The translations under genes and the position numbers were made by a program. Of a DNA stretch of 64,000 nucleotides, positions 35,664-44,596 are shown piece after piece. Origin of the DNA: Planctomycetota bacterium (lineage in GTDB: Bacteria; Planctomycetota; GCA-002687715; CAIWVZ01); contig JBGANV010000002.1 in NCBI GenBank assembly GCA_044222185.1, positions 704,001-768,000 of the forward strand, read 5' to 3'. Below the pieces are notes generated by a model. That model was not told the origin of the DNA. It did no database searches and saw only the letters and a program-made list of their open reading frames with translations. How positions within the stretch are numbered: position 1 is the first letter of the stretch; every line of letters starts with the position of its first letter.

Positions 35664-38600
35664 TCACGTCGGCGCCAGCGTGGCTGGCGACGGCGCCGCC
35701 GCATCTTCCGGGATCGCGTAGGCCGTGAAGCTCGCATCGAGATCGTCCAGGTCCGCCGGACGCGGCCGGGCCGCCAGGATCAGGCGCGCGAGCAACGTGT
35801 CGAGCGCCGTCCGGTTGGTCACGGCCACCGGAACGAGTCTCGAAACGAACCGCACCTTCTCCGCCGGAGTGAACGCCTTCGCCGCGAGAACCCGCGAGGC
35901 GAAGAACGACGCGAGCAACGGAGCCCACCGCGGATCGGGCACCCGGACCGTCGATCCGTCCGGCAGGTCCGCATCCGGCGCGCCGACCTCGGGGTTCACT
36001 CGCTGCCAGTCGGGCAGGCGCCACTGGTACGCGCGGGCCAACGCTTCCAACGAGCGTGCTGCCAGCAACCACGCCGGGAGCCGGCTCGTCGGGTTGACGA
36101 CGCGACGTTTGGCGTACGTCTCGCCGACTTTGTGCTGTGCGCAGAATTCCATGGCCTGCGGATCCCGGATGAAGCGGTCCATCGTCGCGGGAAGCCACGT
36201 GTCGCCCTTCAGCGCCAGCGGCCACCAGATGTCCACGAGCGCGTGGACGCGGCTGACGGTGCGCGCACAGAACACCAGGTCCTGGACGTTGTGCGCCGCG
36301 CCGAACACGGACCGGAGCACGGGGTCGATGATCCCGGGAGGCGCGCCGCAGATCGCGAGCGTCTCGGCGACGAGCAGATTCGCCGGAGCCTGGAACCCCG
36401 CGTATCCCGTGGGGATCTTGAACGCCTTCTCGGCGAGCGCCCCGGCAGGCTCGTTCAGCACGAGTTGACGAACCTCCGCCAGCGCGCAGAGCGTGCGTCG
36501 ATGTTCGCCCCAGGAGTCGCCGCGCCCCCGCTCGCGTGCGAGCCCGCCGAGGGCCTCGAGTGCCTGCGTCTGCATGGCTTCGAGGAGGCCTCGCGCTCCG
36601 GGGTCGACCGCGGCGCGGCACCCGACGACGGTGATCGGCCCCGCCGACCCGAACTCCCGTCCGGCCCCGGCCAGCGCCGCCGCGAGGATTGGCTTCGCCA
36701 TGTCTCGGACCCAGTCCTGGCTCTTGTGGCGCGCGACGGCGAGGAGGATCTCCCACAGCGATCCGTTGCGGTAGACCCGATACGCGTTCGCGGAATGCAG
36801 CGCGACGTAGTCCCGCAGCTTCGCGTCACCGACCTGCGGATTCAGCTCTGCGAAGGCGACGAGCTTGGGCGCATCGAACTCGGCCTGGTAGCGCGTGCCC
36901 TCGACGTCGCGGTGTCCGCGGGCCGGTGGCGGCGCCGATTGATCCCAGAGCATGGACGGATTGACGCGCTCGTCGTCGCCGCCGCCGACGCGGTTGAAGA
37001 TCTCGTTGATCGTGTCCTCGCCGACGGGCTCGGCGATCGGCTGCACGATGGGAGCGCGTTTCTCGAATGCCGCGTTCACGCGCTCGGCGAGGCGCGCCGG
37101 ACGTTGCGCCGTCTTGCGCAGGGCGTCGGCCGTCACCGGATCCTTCGCGTGACCCAGCCACGCGATCACCAGTCGAGCTGCGTCCTGCCAGTCGACGTCC
37201 GCCTCGTAGAGCTGGAGTTCCTTGACGGCTTGTGCGACCTGTCCCTCCTCCGCGAGACGGAAGATGCGGTTCGCATCCAGCCGAGTGCGGCGGAACGTCG
37301 TGAGGCCCAGTGCCAGCCGGGCGACGTGCCCCACGGACGCGCTCGATCCCGATCCCGCGACTGCGGCGAGGGCCGAGCGCAACGTCGTGTCGACTCCGAA
37401 CGGATCGTCGATGCGCGCCTCGGTGATCTGCGTGTCGAGGCAGAAGCGAGCGATGCGCTCGTGCCACGTCGCCTTCTCGGGCGCTGGGACCACCTTCGCG
37501 ACTTCGCAGAGATGGTGACCGAGGTGTGTGAGCGCGTAGGGCCGCACGGTGAACCGATCGGCCTCGAACGTGGCGAAGAGTCCGTCCGCGAGGAGGCGGT
37601 GGCCGTCGACGACGGCGACCGCATACGGACCCCCTCGAGCCGTCTCGTCAGCGAACCACTCGCTCAAGGAGCTGTGGAAGATGGTGTGACGCGGTGTCGG
37701 GCCAGTCGTGGATCGCAGGTAGGAACTCACCGTGCGGAGCCGTGCAGCCAAATCCTTCGGTGCCGCGATCGCGGTGGCGGCAGACAGCTCCTCCGTCGCC
37801 AGCGGTTCCTGCGCCGCGCACAGAGCGGCGAAGATCGGACGCACCGAGGCCCAGGCTGCCGGATCGGCGAACTGCCGATCGAAGAAGAGGCGATATTGCT
37901 GGCGAAGCCCGGGCGGCAGCTTCCCCAGGTCGTCCACGCCGATGAGCTTCCGCTCGAGGCCGGCGAGCGTCTGTTCGGCGTACAGGAAATTGCCGTCGGC
38001 TGCGTCGGCGATCTTGCTCACGCACCACTCGGTCGTCTGGCCGCTCGCGGCGACGAGTTGCGCCAGGCCCGGCGTCGTGAGGCGCGCGTGTGCCAGAGCG
38101 CGAAGGTCGGTGGCGTTCTGCGTTCCGCTGGCCTCGAGAACCAGGGGATTGATGCCTGCGAACGACTCGAGCAGCGGTTTCTCCGGGCGGCTCGTTGCGA
38201 TCACCGTGAGCCACGACGGAAGACGGTCGAGTCGTTCTGCGACGAGGCTGGCGATGGTGGGTTTGCCCTCGATCGCACCGCGCAGAGATTCGTCGAGAGC
38301 GTCGACGATGATCGTCCACGCGCCCGGCGCGGGAGCTCCGACGGTCGCGAGCGCGGCGAGGATGCCCTCGTCGAACGCGCTCGCGGGGTCGTCGTTGCAC
38401 GCGCGTTCGGAGAGGACGTCACGGTAGGGCGACTGCTGGACGATCGCCTCGTACGCTGGATGTCGACTGGCGATGAGGCCCGCGAGGCTGCGCACGAAGC
38501 GGCTCGGGTTGACCGTCTCCGGCGTCGCGGACTGACAGCAGTGGAAGCCGAGGACGCGGCCGTCGGGATTGCGGTGGACGGACTCGGCGACGATGGCCGT

Positions 38601-39236
38601 CTTGCCCGTGCCCGGACCGCCGACGATCAAGATCGCAGGTTGAGCCCGCTTTCGGATCTGGTCGTCGATCTCCTGGAACAGCCACTCGCGGCCGGTGAAT
38701 CCGGCGCGCTTCTGATCCAGGTAGTCCCCGAAGTCCCACGGAGAGAGCTGGTCTGGCGTGGCACGGTTGCCCCACTTGCCGGTGAGGACGGCGTCGAGGC
38801 CCTCGAGGATGCGTTTGAGTCCCGCTGCATACGCCGTCGGGTCCTTCCACTTCGTGAGGTCGACGTAGTCGAGGCGGAAGATCTCGAAGGGCGGCGTGCA
38901 AGGGATCGCCATCACCGGGAGGATGGGTTTCCTCGCCTGGAACCGCGCCCAGGAGATTTCGTCGAGGCAGACGCTGTCCGTCGTGGACGTGCCGTCGCCG
39001 CGAGTGCGCACGGACGACGGCGTGAGGATCGCGAGAACTGCATCGGTTTCGTTCAACGCTCGGGCAAGTTGCTCGGCCCAGGCGCGGCCCGTGCGGATCT
39101 CGGCGCGATCCTTCCAGGGTTCGTAGTGCGCGAGCGGGTCCAGTGCGTGCGTGGCGAGGTCCTTGGCGAGCTGGTCGGCGAGTCCGCTGGCGTCGGAGCG
39201 CCCGTAGCTGACGAACACCTTCTTCGAGGCTGTCAC
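35664..39236 (-). CDS. TIR-domain STAND (NACHT-like) NTPase with LysM-like C-terminal segment
   Basis: TIR: KVFVSYGRSD...WKD...IRTGRAW...VLAILTPSS...VCLDEI...KPILPV. NTPase: FTGREWLF, Walker A GGPGTGKT, Walker B IIVDALDE, ATSRP, GNFLYA, LPPGL, IFHSSLSEWF. GTG start with GGAG upstream (ATG 39260 is an alternative). Confidence 0.88.
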   Translation of the reverse strand: MTASKKVFVSYGRSDASGLADQLAKDLATHALDPLAHYEPWKDRAEIRTGRAWAEQLARALNETDAVLAILTPSSVRTRGDGTSTTDSVCLDEISWARFQARKPILPVMAIPCTPPFEIFRLDYVDLTKWKDPTAYAAGLKRILEGLDAVLTGKWGNRATPDQLSPWDFGDYLDQKRAGFTGREWLFQEIDDQIRKRAQPAILIVGGPGTGKTAIVAESVHRNPDGRVLGFHCCQSATPETVNPSRFVRSLAGLIASRHPAYEAIVQQSPYRDVLSERACNDDPASAFDEGILAALATVGAPAPGAWTIIVDALDESLRGAIEGKPTIASLVAERLDRLPSWLTVIATSRPEKPLLESFAGINPLVLEASGTQNATDLRALAHARLTTPGLAQLVAASGQTTEWCVSKIADAADGNFLYAEQTLAGLERKLIGVDDLGKLPPGLRQQYRLFFDRQFADPAAWASVRPIFAALCAAQEPLATEELSAATAIAAPKDLAARLRTVSSYLRSTTGPTPRHTIFHSSLSEWFADETARGGPYAVAVVDGHRLLADGLFATFEADRFTVRPYALTHLGHHLCEVAKVVPAPEKATWHERIARFCLDTQITEARIDDPFGVDTTLRSALAAVAGSGSSASVGHVARLALGLTTFRRTRLDANRIFRLAEEGQVAQAVKELQLYEADVDWQDAARLVIAWLGHAKDPVTADALRKTAQRPARLAERVNAAFEKRAPIVQPIAEPVGEDTINEIFNRVGGGDDERVNPSMLWDQSAPPPARGHRDVEGTRYQAEFDAPKLVAFAELNPQVGDAKLRDYVALHSANAYRVYRNGSLWEILLAVARHKSQDWVRDMAKPILAAALAGAGREFGSAGPITVVGCRAAVDPGARGLLEAMQTQALEALGGLARERGRGDSWGEHRRTLCALAEVRQLVLNEPAGALAEKAFKIPTGYAGFQAPANLLVAETLAICGAPPGIIDPVLRSVFGAAHNVQDLVFCARTVSRVHALVDIWWPLALKGDTWLPATMDRFIRDPQAMEFCAQHKVGETYAKRRVVNPTSRLPAWLLAARSLEALARAYQWRLPDWQRVNPEVGAPDADLPDGSTVRVPDPRWAPLLASFFASRVLAAKAFTPAEKVRFVSRLVPVAVTNRTALDTLLARLILAARPRPADLDDLDASFTAYAIPEDAAAPSPATLAPT

Positions 39237-39456
39237 GTTCCCGTCTCCGTCTGCATCCATCCCACCGCAGGTACCCCACGATCGAGCGGGCCCTCGTCTG
39301 TGGCGCGCAGTGTGCCACAGGCGTGCGATCGCCGCTTCGTGAGGTGAGGATTCTGTGGCCCTGGGGCGACACGGCACGCGGCCGACGCGCCTCGAGTCGA
39401 CGTCGCGGGTGTTGCGGGCGCGGAAGTCGTTCTGTCGACGGGCGCTGCCGTCGGCA

Positions 39457-39462
39457 TACAAT
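39457..39462 (+). promoter_or_regulatory. Putative -10 box of a leaderless transcript
   Basis: TACAAT 7 nt before ATG 39470; no SD sequence. Confidence 0.45.
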
Positions 39463-39469
39463 CCGCGCC

Positions 39470-41551
39470 ATGTCTCGGGCGGAGTGCATTCGGTGGGGCG
39501 TCGTTCTGACCGCAGTGGCCGCGCTCGGCGTGGTCGCCGCGCGGCTGGGCCTTCCGAGCGACGCTGCGCAAGCCGTGGCGGGCCGCGGAGACGCCGGCAC
39601 ATCCGCTCCCCCTGACGTGGTGGCGTCGACGGATGGACACGGAGGGCACCACGACGCATCCCCGGACACGATCGTGCGGCCCGTTCCGTTCTCACCGGAG
39701 CCCGCTGACTCGCTCGAAGACGTTCCGGTCGTCCCTGCGGAAAGCGAAGGGACTCGGGTGCGCGTCGTCGACGGCTCCACCGGCGCACCCGTCGCGGGCG
39801 CCGACGTGTATTGGGTCCCGCCGGAACACGATGCAAGCGGCACCGACGCGTTTCGTCCGGAGTTGCTCGACGGGCCACCGTCACCAGGCACGCGGCACTA
39901 CCGGACGGACGGAAGCGGCATGACGACGGTCCCGTGGAGTTCGGAGCGGGTATCGCTGTTTGCACGCTTGGGCGATCTCGGCGCGGTTGGCCTCAGTTGG
40001 GCACGAGATGGCGAGGTCGTCACGATGACGCTCGAGTCCGTGATCAGGCTCCGCATCCTCGCCGAAGACTCCACGGGAGCGCCGGTCCGCTGGGCCGACT
40101 TGACGATGGACTCGCCCGCGCCCTGGGATGCGCGTCATCACTCCGTCGCGACGACCATGCCGCCGGATGGGATCGCCACGTTCGTCGACCTCGCTCCGCT
40201 GCTTGCGGTGAGCGGCGCGCTCGCGGCGGTTTCACGCCCATCGGTTCGCGGGGATTCCTGGACCATCGGCACCGTCCTCGGCGGTCCCATCGTGAACGGG
40301 AGCGCCGTCGATCCCCGGCAATTGGCGACGCACGTGCATTCAGTGCGGCTGGGCCCCGTCGGCGCGATCGAGGGGCGGCTCGTGACGCGCGACGGCACAC
40401 CGATTCCCGGCCCTGCATTCGTTTCCGCCGCTCGCGTCGACCCGGCACGCGCTTCGACGGGAGTGATCTACCGCCGCGCTCCCCAGTGCGGTGCGTTCCG
40501 CATCGGGGCCGTTCCGCTGAATTCCGTGCTGTCGATCACGGCACGCCTGCCGGGTCGATACGAGCAAGCGACGACGATCGTCGGGCCGACGTCCGGTGGC
40601 GAGGTGGTCGCGGCCGCGATCGTGGTGGGCGACGAATTCCTGCGCATCCGAGGCAAGCTCGTCGATGATCACGGGCATGCGATCGCCCAGGACGCGCGCG
40701 TGGTTGCCACACTGGAGGCGTCGGATGGCGCCCGGTTGCCGGAGCTCGAGACCCAGATGAAACCTGATGGCGTCTTCGAGATCGAGGTGCCGTTCCGCCT
40801 GAGGATCCGACCCGCGGTGCTGAGATTCGCCATCGCACAGAAGGGCCCCGCGCCGCCTTGGTCGGGCCAGGTGGGCTTCCCGGATCCGGCTCCGTTGCAC
40901 GTCGTCGACGTGCGCACCGTCGTTCTGGAAGTCCCAGACCTGATCGCCTCCGGAGTGGTCGTCGATCAAGAGGGAAGACACGTCCCGGGTGTGCGGGTCG
41001 TGCTCCAAGCTGCGGCACCCTCCACCGATCCCGGCGACGATTCAGGCGAAGAGGACTTCAAGTGGACCGATCTCTCCTGGACGACGGGCGCTGACGGCAC
41101 GTTCTTCGCGTTCGGCAAACCGCCGGAGGGTCATCTGGCGTTCGGGTGTGCAGGTGGCGGATTCATCCAGGTCACCTCCACGCCATTCACACGCGGAGAC
41201 CGCGGCGTGCGATTGGTCGTCGACGCGACGTCGACGATCGGCGGTCGCATCGAACTCCCGCCAGGAGTCGCGTCGAGTGACGTGACGGTCACCGCCACGT
41301 ACGGCGGCGCGTCGGTGACCGATCGCGCGGCGATCATCCCATTGAGGTTGGCGGCCGACGGCACGTTCCGCCGCGAGAATCTCGCGCCGACGTCCGTGCA
41401 TCTTCAGTTGACGGTGAGAGGCGCGCACTCGAACCTCTCGCGCGAGTTGGGGACCTTCCCTCTCGCCGTCGACGCCGTGATCGAGCCGCCCGAGCTGAAC
41501 CCGCTGGTTCTCGCCGAACCTGCTCCCGGCGGGGCCGACCGCACGCGTTGA
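39470..41551 (+). CDS. Membrane-anchored protein with carboxypeptidase-regulatory-like beta-sandwich repeats
   Basis: N-terminal hydrophobic anchor; repeats RVVDGSTGAPVAGADV, GRLVTRDGTPIPG, GKLVDDHGHAI, GVVVDQEGRHVPGVRV...TTGADGTF. Confidence 0.75.
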   Translation: MSRAECIRWGVVLTAVAALGVVAARLGLPSDAAQAVAGRGDAGTSAPPDVVASTDGHGGHHDASPDTIVRPVPFSPEPADSLEDVPVVPAESEGTRVRVVDGSTGAPVAGADVYWVPPEHDASGTDAFRPELLDGPPSPGTRHYRTDGSGMTTVPWSSERVSLFARLGDLGAVGLSWARDGEVVTMTLESVIRLRILAEDSTGAPVRWADLTMDSPAPWDARHHSVATTMPPDGIATFVDLAPLLAVSGALAAVSRPSVRGDSWTIGTVLGGPIVNGSAVDPRQLATHVHSVRLGPVGAIEGRLVTRDGTPIPGPAFVSAARVDPARASTGVIYRRAPQCGAFRIGAVPLNSVLSITARLPGRYEQATTIVGPTSGGEVVAAAIVVGDEFLRIRGKLVDDHGHAIAQDARVVATLEASDGARLPELETQMKPDGVFEIEVPFRLRIRPAVLRFAIAQKGPAPPWSGQVGFPDPAPLHVVDVRTVVLEVPDLIASGVVVDQEGRHVPGVRVVLQAAAPSTDPGDDSGEEDFKWTDLSWTTGADGTFFAFGKPPEGHLAFGCAGGGFIQVTSTPFTRGDRGVRLVVDATSTIGGRIELPPGVASSDVTVTATYGGASVTDRAAIIPLRLAADGTFRRENLAPTSVHLQLTVRGAHSNLSRELGTFPLAVDAVIEPPELNPLVLAEPAPGGADRTR

Positions 41552-41681
41552 CCTGAGATGCCGTTTGAGTCGTCGGCCGTCAGGTCCGGCTCGATCTCAC
41601 GCGCGCCGCCCGGCGCCGACGCCGTCCGCAGAGCCGTGCGCTCTCGTTCGGGGGATGCGTCGTCAGCACTGCGTCCATGGA

Positions 41682-42648
41682 ATGTTCGGCATGCGTCGCG
41701 GCAGGCTCATTCACCGTGGGTACGTCATCGTCACGGTCGCTGCCGTGCTCGGAATCGGGGTTTCTCTGCTCGTGAATTCGAGGCAACCCGTCGCGCCATC
41801 GCGGTCTCACGTTCCCAGCTCTGCGAAGAGCGCGAGCGACGACGCCCAGGTTTCCGTACGGATACAGCCTCCTGTTCGGACATCGACCTTCGAAGGGGCA
41901 CCGTCAGGGGCGATCGCAGACCTCGCGCTGTCTGCACCGCATCCCAACGGAATCCGCATCCGCGTCGTATCGGGCGCGACGATGTATTCGCGCGCATGAC
42001 CGATGCGTCGTGCGTCGCCACGAGATCGTCGTTGCCGGACGTGTCGTCGATGCCGCAGGGCGGCCGGTTCCTGGGATTCGTTTGTGGGAGAACGTCGCGC
42101 GGCAGACCTCCGATCCCGCGGACGCGAGCACGTTCGTCCTGACGGGAGCGACGACCGAAACGGATGCCAACGGCGAGTTCCGAATCTGCCGCCGAGCGAC
42201 AGCCCAGCAGCGAGCAACTGGGTGGTTCGCGCTCACCTGGGCGGGAGCCGGTTTCACGCACGCGCAGCCCCGTTCGTTCGTGCACGGGCAGCGCGACGTC
42301 ACGATCACGCTGGAAGAAATGGCCACCTTCTCGGGTCGGGTGGCGTTCCCTCGTGGTGTCCGAGCGCGCGACGTCACGCTCGAGCTCTTCTACTCGACGC
42401 CGCGTCAGGACGATCGGCGCCCCGCAGCGATCGGCGTTCCACTGGACGACGATGGCCATTTCGCCGTCGAACGACTCGCGCCGACGACGGCATCGCTCGT
42501 TGCCGTCGTGACCGGTACCGACGGCGAGGCGTACCGGACCATCGACGGAATTCGGCTCGTAGCCGGAGGTTCGACGTCGGATTCGCGCCTCTCGCCTTTG
42601 ACGCTCAGCGAGCGTCGGGCGGAATCCGGACCGAGTCGCGAGCGGTGA
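41682..42648 (+). pseudogene. Internally deleted, frameshifted paralog of 39470..41551
   Basis: 5' part (anchor, GIRIRVVSGAT) stops at 41999; a different frame (42010..42648) encodes IVVAGRVVDAAGRPVPG...GFTHAQPRSFVHGQRDV...GRVAFPRGV, matching the C-terminal part of the upstream gene. Confidence 0.6.
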
Positions 42649-42813
42649 GTGGCCGGCCCGCCGGCGCAGATTCCAAACCGGGAGAGCAGCTTTGAATCTC
42701 GAGCCTGAGACGACTCCGGAACACCCATTCCGGTAATCTTGCGCGCTCTCGCGACACCATGCGGTCAACGGAATTCCGCGGTGCGCGGTCTTGAGTCAGT
42801 GGAGGCTCGTCGA

Positions 42814-44586
42814 ATGTCGGCAGGGATGAAACTCGTCGTGGCCGTGGTGTGGGCCATCGTCGGTGTGCGAGAGCTCGCGGCTCAGGCCCAGGGCGGAATC
42901 GGCGGCGTCATCCTGCCGCCGCCGGAAGTGGGGAACTGCATCTCCGACGCCGACCAGCTGCGCGTCCAGGCTCAGCTGATGAACGTGTCGGCCGGCCCCG
43001 ACACCGCACCCGGGACGTTCATCACCTACCCGCAGGCAGGGTCGCTCGGCGAGGACCTCTTCATCGGCGCCTACCTCGACCACGACCCGAGCCCGGGCGT
43101 GCTCGACTGGCACTGCACGGATTACACCTACGACACGCACCTGGGCGCCGACTCGGAGATCCGCAGCTTCGGCGAGCAGCTGATCGGCGTGCCCATCTTC
43201 GCGGCGGCCGACGGCACGGTCGTCGGCACGGACGACGGCCATCCCGACATGAACACCGTGTGGGCCGGCCAGCCCTCCAACTACGTCATCGTCGACCACG
43301 GCGGCGGACGCCTGGGCTACTACTGGCACATGCGCAACGGCAGCGTGGCCGTGTCCATGGGGCAGGTCGTGAAGGCCGGCCAGCAACTGGGGGAGACGGG
43401 CTCCAGCGGCAACAGCGGCGGCCCGCACCTCCACTTCGAGGTCCACGACGCGGGCGTTCCCGTGGACCCGTGGGCCGGTGCGTGCCGCCCCGGCGGCTCC
43501 TTGTGGAAGCAGCAGACGCCGTGGACCGGAGGGCCTGTCGGCTTGCGGGACTTCGGCGTCTGCCGCACGAATCCCGGTTCCTCCGGCTACCCCTTCGCGT
43601 CGCCTCACGATCCTCAGTGGGTCACGTCCGACCCATCCATCTTCTTCTGGGGGCTCATCGCGAACCTCCCGGTCAGCTCCACGTACCGCGTGACGTTCAT
43701 CCGCCCGGACAACTCCATCTCGTATGCCACGCCCACGTTCCCCATCGGCAACACGACGGTGTGGCCGCGCGCCTGGGTGTGGTGGAACTGGAACATCTTC
43801 GACATGCACACGATCACGGGCACGTGGACCATCCGCCTCGAACTGAACGGCGTGGTCGTCGTGAATGCACCCGTCTCGGTCGTCAACGCGGTCACGCCCG
43901 GGTTCAACCGCGCGCCGTCGCCCATCACCGCGACGATCCTGCCGGCGGCTCCCACCGCGGCCGATCCGCTGGTCTGCCGCGTCCAGCAGGACCTCCTCCT
44001 CGACGACCTCGACTGGGACATCGTTCGCTTCACCTACACGTGGCGCGTGAACGGGACGATCGTGCGCACGCGGACGTCCGCGGGACGCACCGACATGATC
44101 CCGCACCACCTGGCACCTCCGGGCGCCACGGTCACCTGCACGGTCACGCCCTCCGACGGCGTGGCGAACGGGGCGACCGTCGTCGCGACGACGACGATCC
44201 GCACGCTCGGCGTCTTCCCGCAGCAGGTGTCCGCGGCGACCGGAGGCACGATCTGCTTCACCGTGGACATGGGACCCGCACAGGCCGGAGCGACCTACCT
44301 CTTGGGCGGCTCCTACACCGGGACGTCGCCGGGCATCGTCGCGTCACCGACGGTCACGATCCCGCTCGTGTACGACGGCCTCACGGACTTCCTCGTGTTC
44401 CATCCGAACACCCCGCCGTACGCAGGTACGCTCGGCGTGTTGAGCCCGCAGGGCGCGGCCGCCCCGACGCTGAGCCTGCCGCCGCTGCCGCCCGCATACG
44501 TCGGTCTCACGATCCACCACGCGGCGTTCATCGCCGGGGCGCCATGGGCGGCCACGAACGCCGCGTCGTTCGTGACGGCGCCCTGA
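42814..44586 (+). CDS. Secreted M23-family metallopeptidase with shared C-terminal module
   Basis: GGAGG upstream; signal peptide; HLGAD (HxxxD), AAADGTVV, YWHM, GSSGNSGGPHLHFEV (HxH); ends LPPLPPAYVGLTIHHAAF...ATNAASFVTAP. Confidence 0.9.
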   Translation: MSAGMKLVVAVVWAIVGVRELAAQAQGGIGGVILPPPEVGNCISDADQLRVQAQLMNVSAGPDTAPGTFITYPQAGSLGEDLFIGAYLDHDPSPGVLDWHCTDYTYDTHLGADSEIRSFGEQLIGVPIFAAADGTVVGTDDGHPDMNTVWAGQPSNYVIVDHGGGRLGYYWHMRNGSVAVSMGQVVKAGQQLGETGSSGNSGGPHLHFEVHDAGVPVDPWAGACRPGGSLWKQQTPWTGGPVGLRDFGVCRTNPGSSGYPFASPHDPQWVTSDPSIFFWGLIANLPVSSTYRVTFIRPDNSISYATPTFPIGNTTVWPRAWVWWNWNIFDMHTITGTWTIRLELNGVVVVNAPVSVVNAVTPGFNRAPSPITATILPAAPTAADPLVCRVQQDLLLDDLDWDIVRFTYTWRVNGTIVRTRTSAGRTDMIPHHLAPPGATVTCTVTPSDGVANGATVVATTTIRTLGVFPQQVSAATGGTICFTVDMGPAQAGATYLLGGSYTGTSPGIVASPTVTIPLVYDGLTDFLVFHPNTPPYAGTLGVLSPQGAAAPTLSLPPLPPAYVGLTIHHAAFIAGAPWAATNAASFVTAP

Positions 44587-44596
44587 TCGCCTCCCG

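Noticed and set aside
35551-36756. Apparent 400-aa N-terminal extension of the FG-GAP protein overlapping the TIR-STAND gene
   Set aside because: Low-complexity alternate frame; a signal peptide and SD at 35550 mark the real start.
35613-39347. 1244-aa plus-strand ORF (similar long ORFs at 6032..8500, 27640..30312, 1424..3652, 58802..60946)
   Set aside because: Antisense shadows of clearly identifiable genes; Arg/Ala-rich with no motifs, as expected in high-GC DNA.
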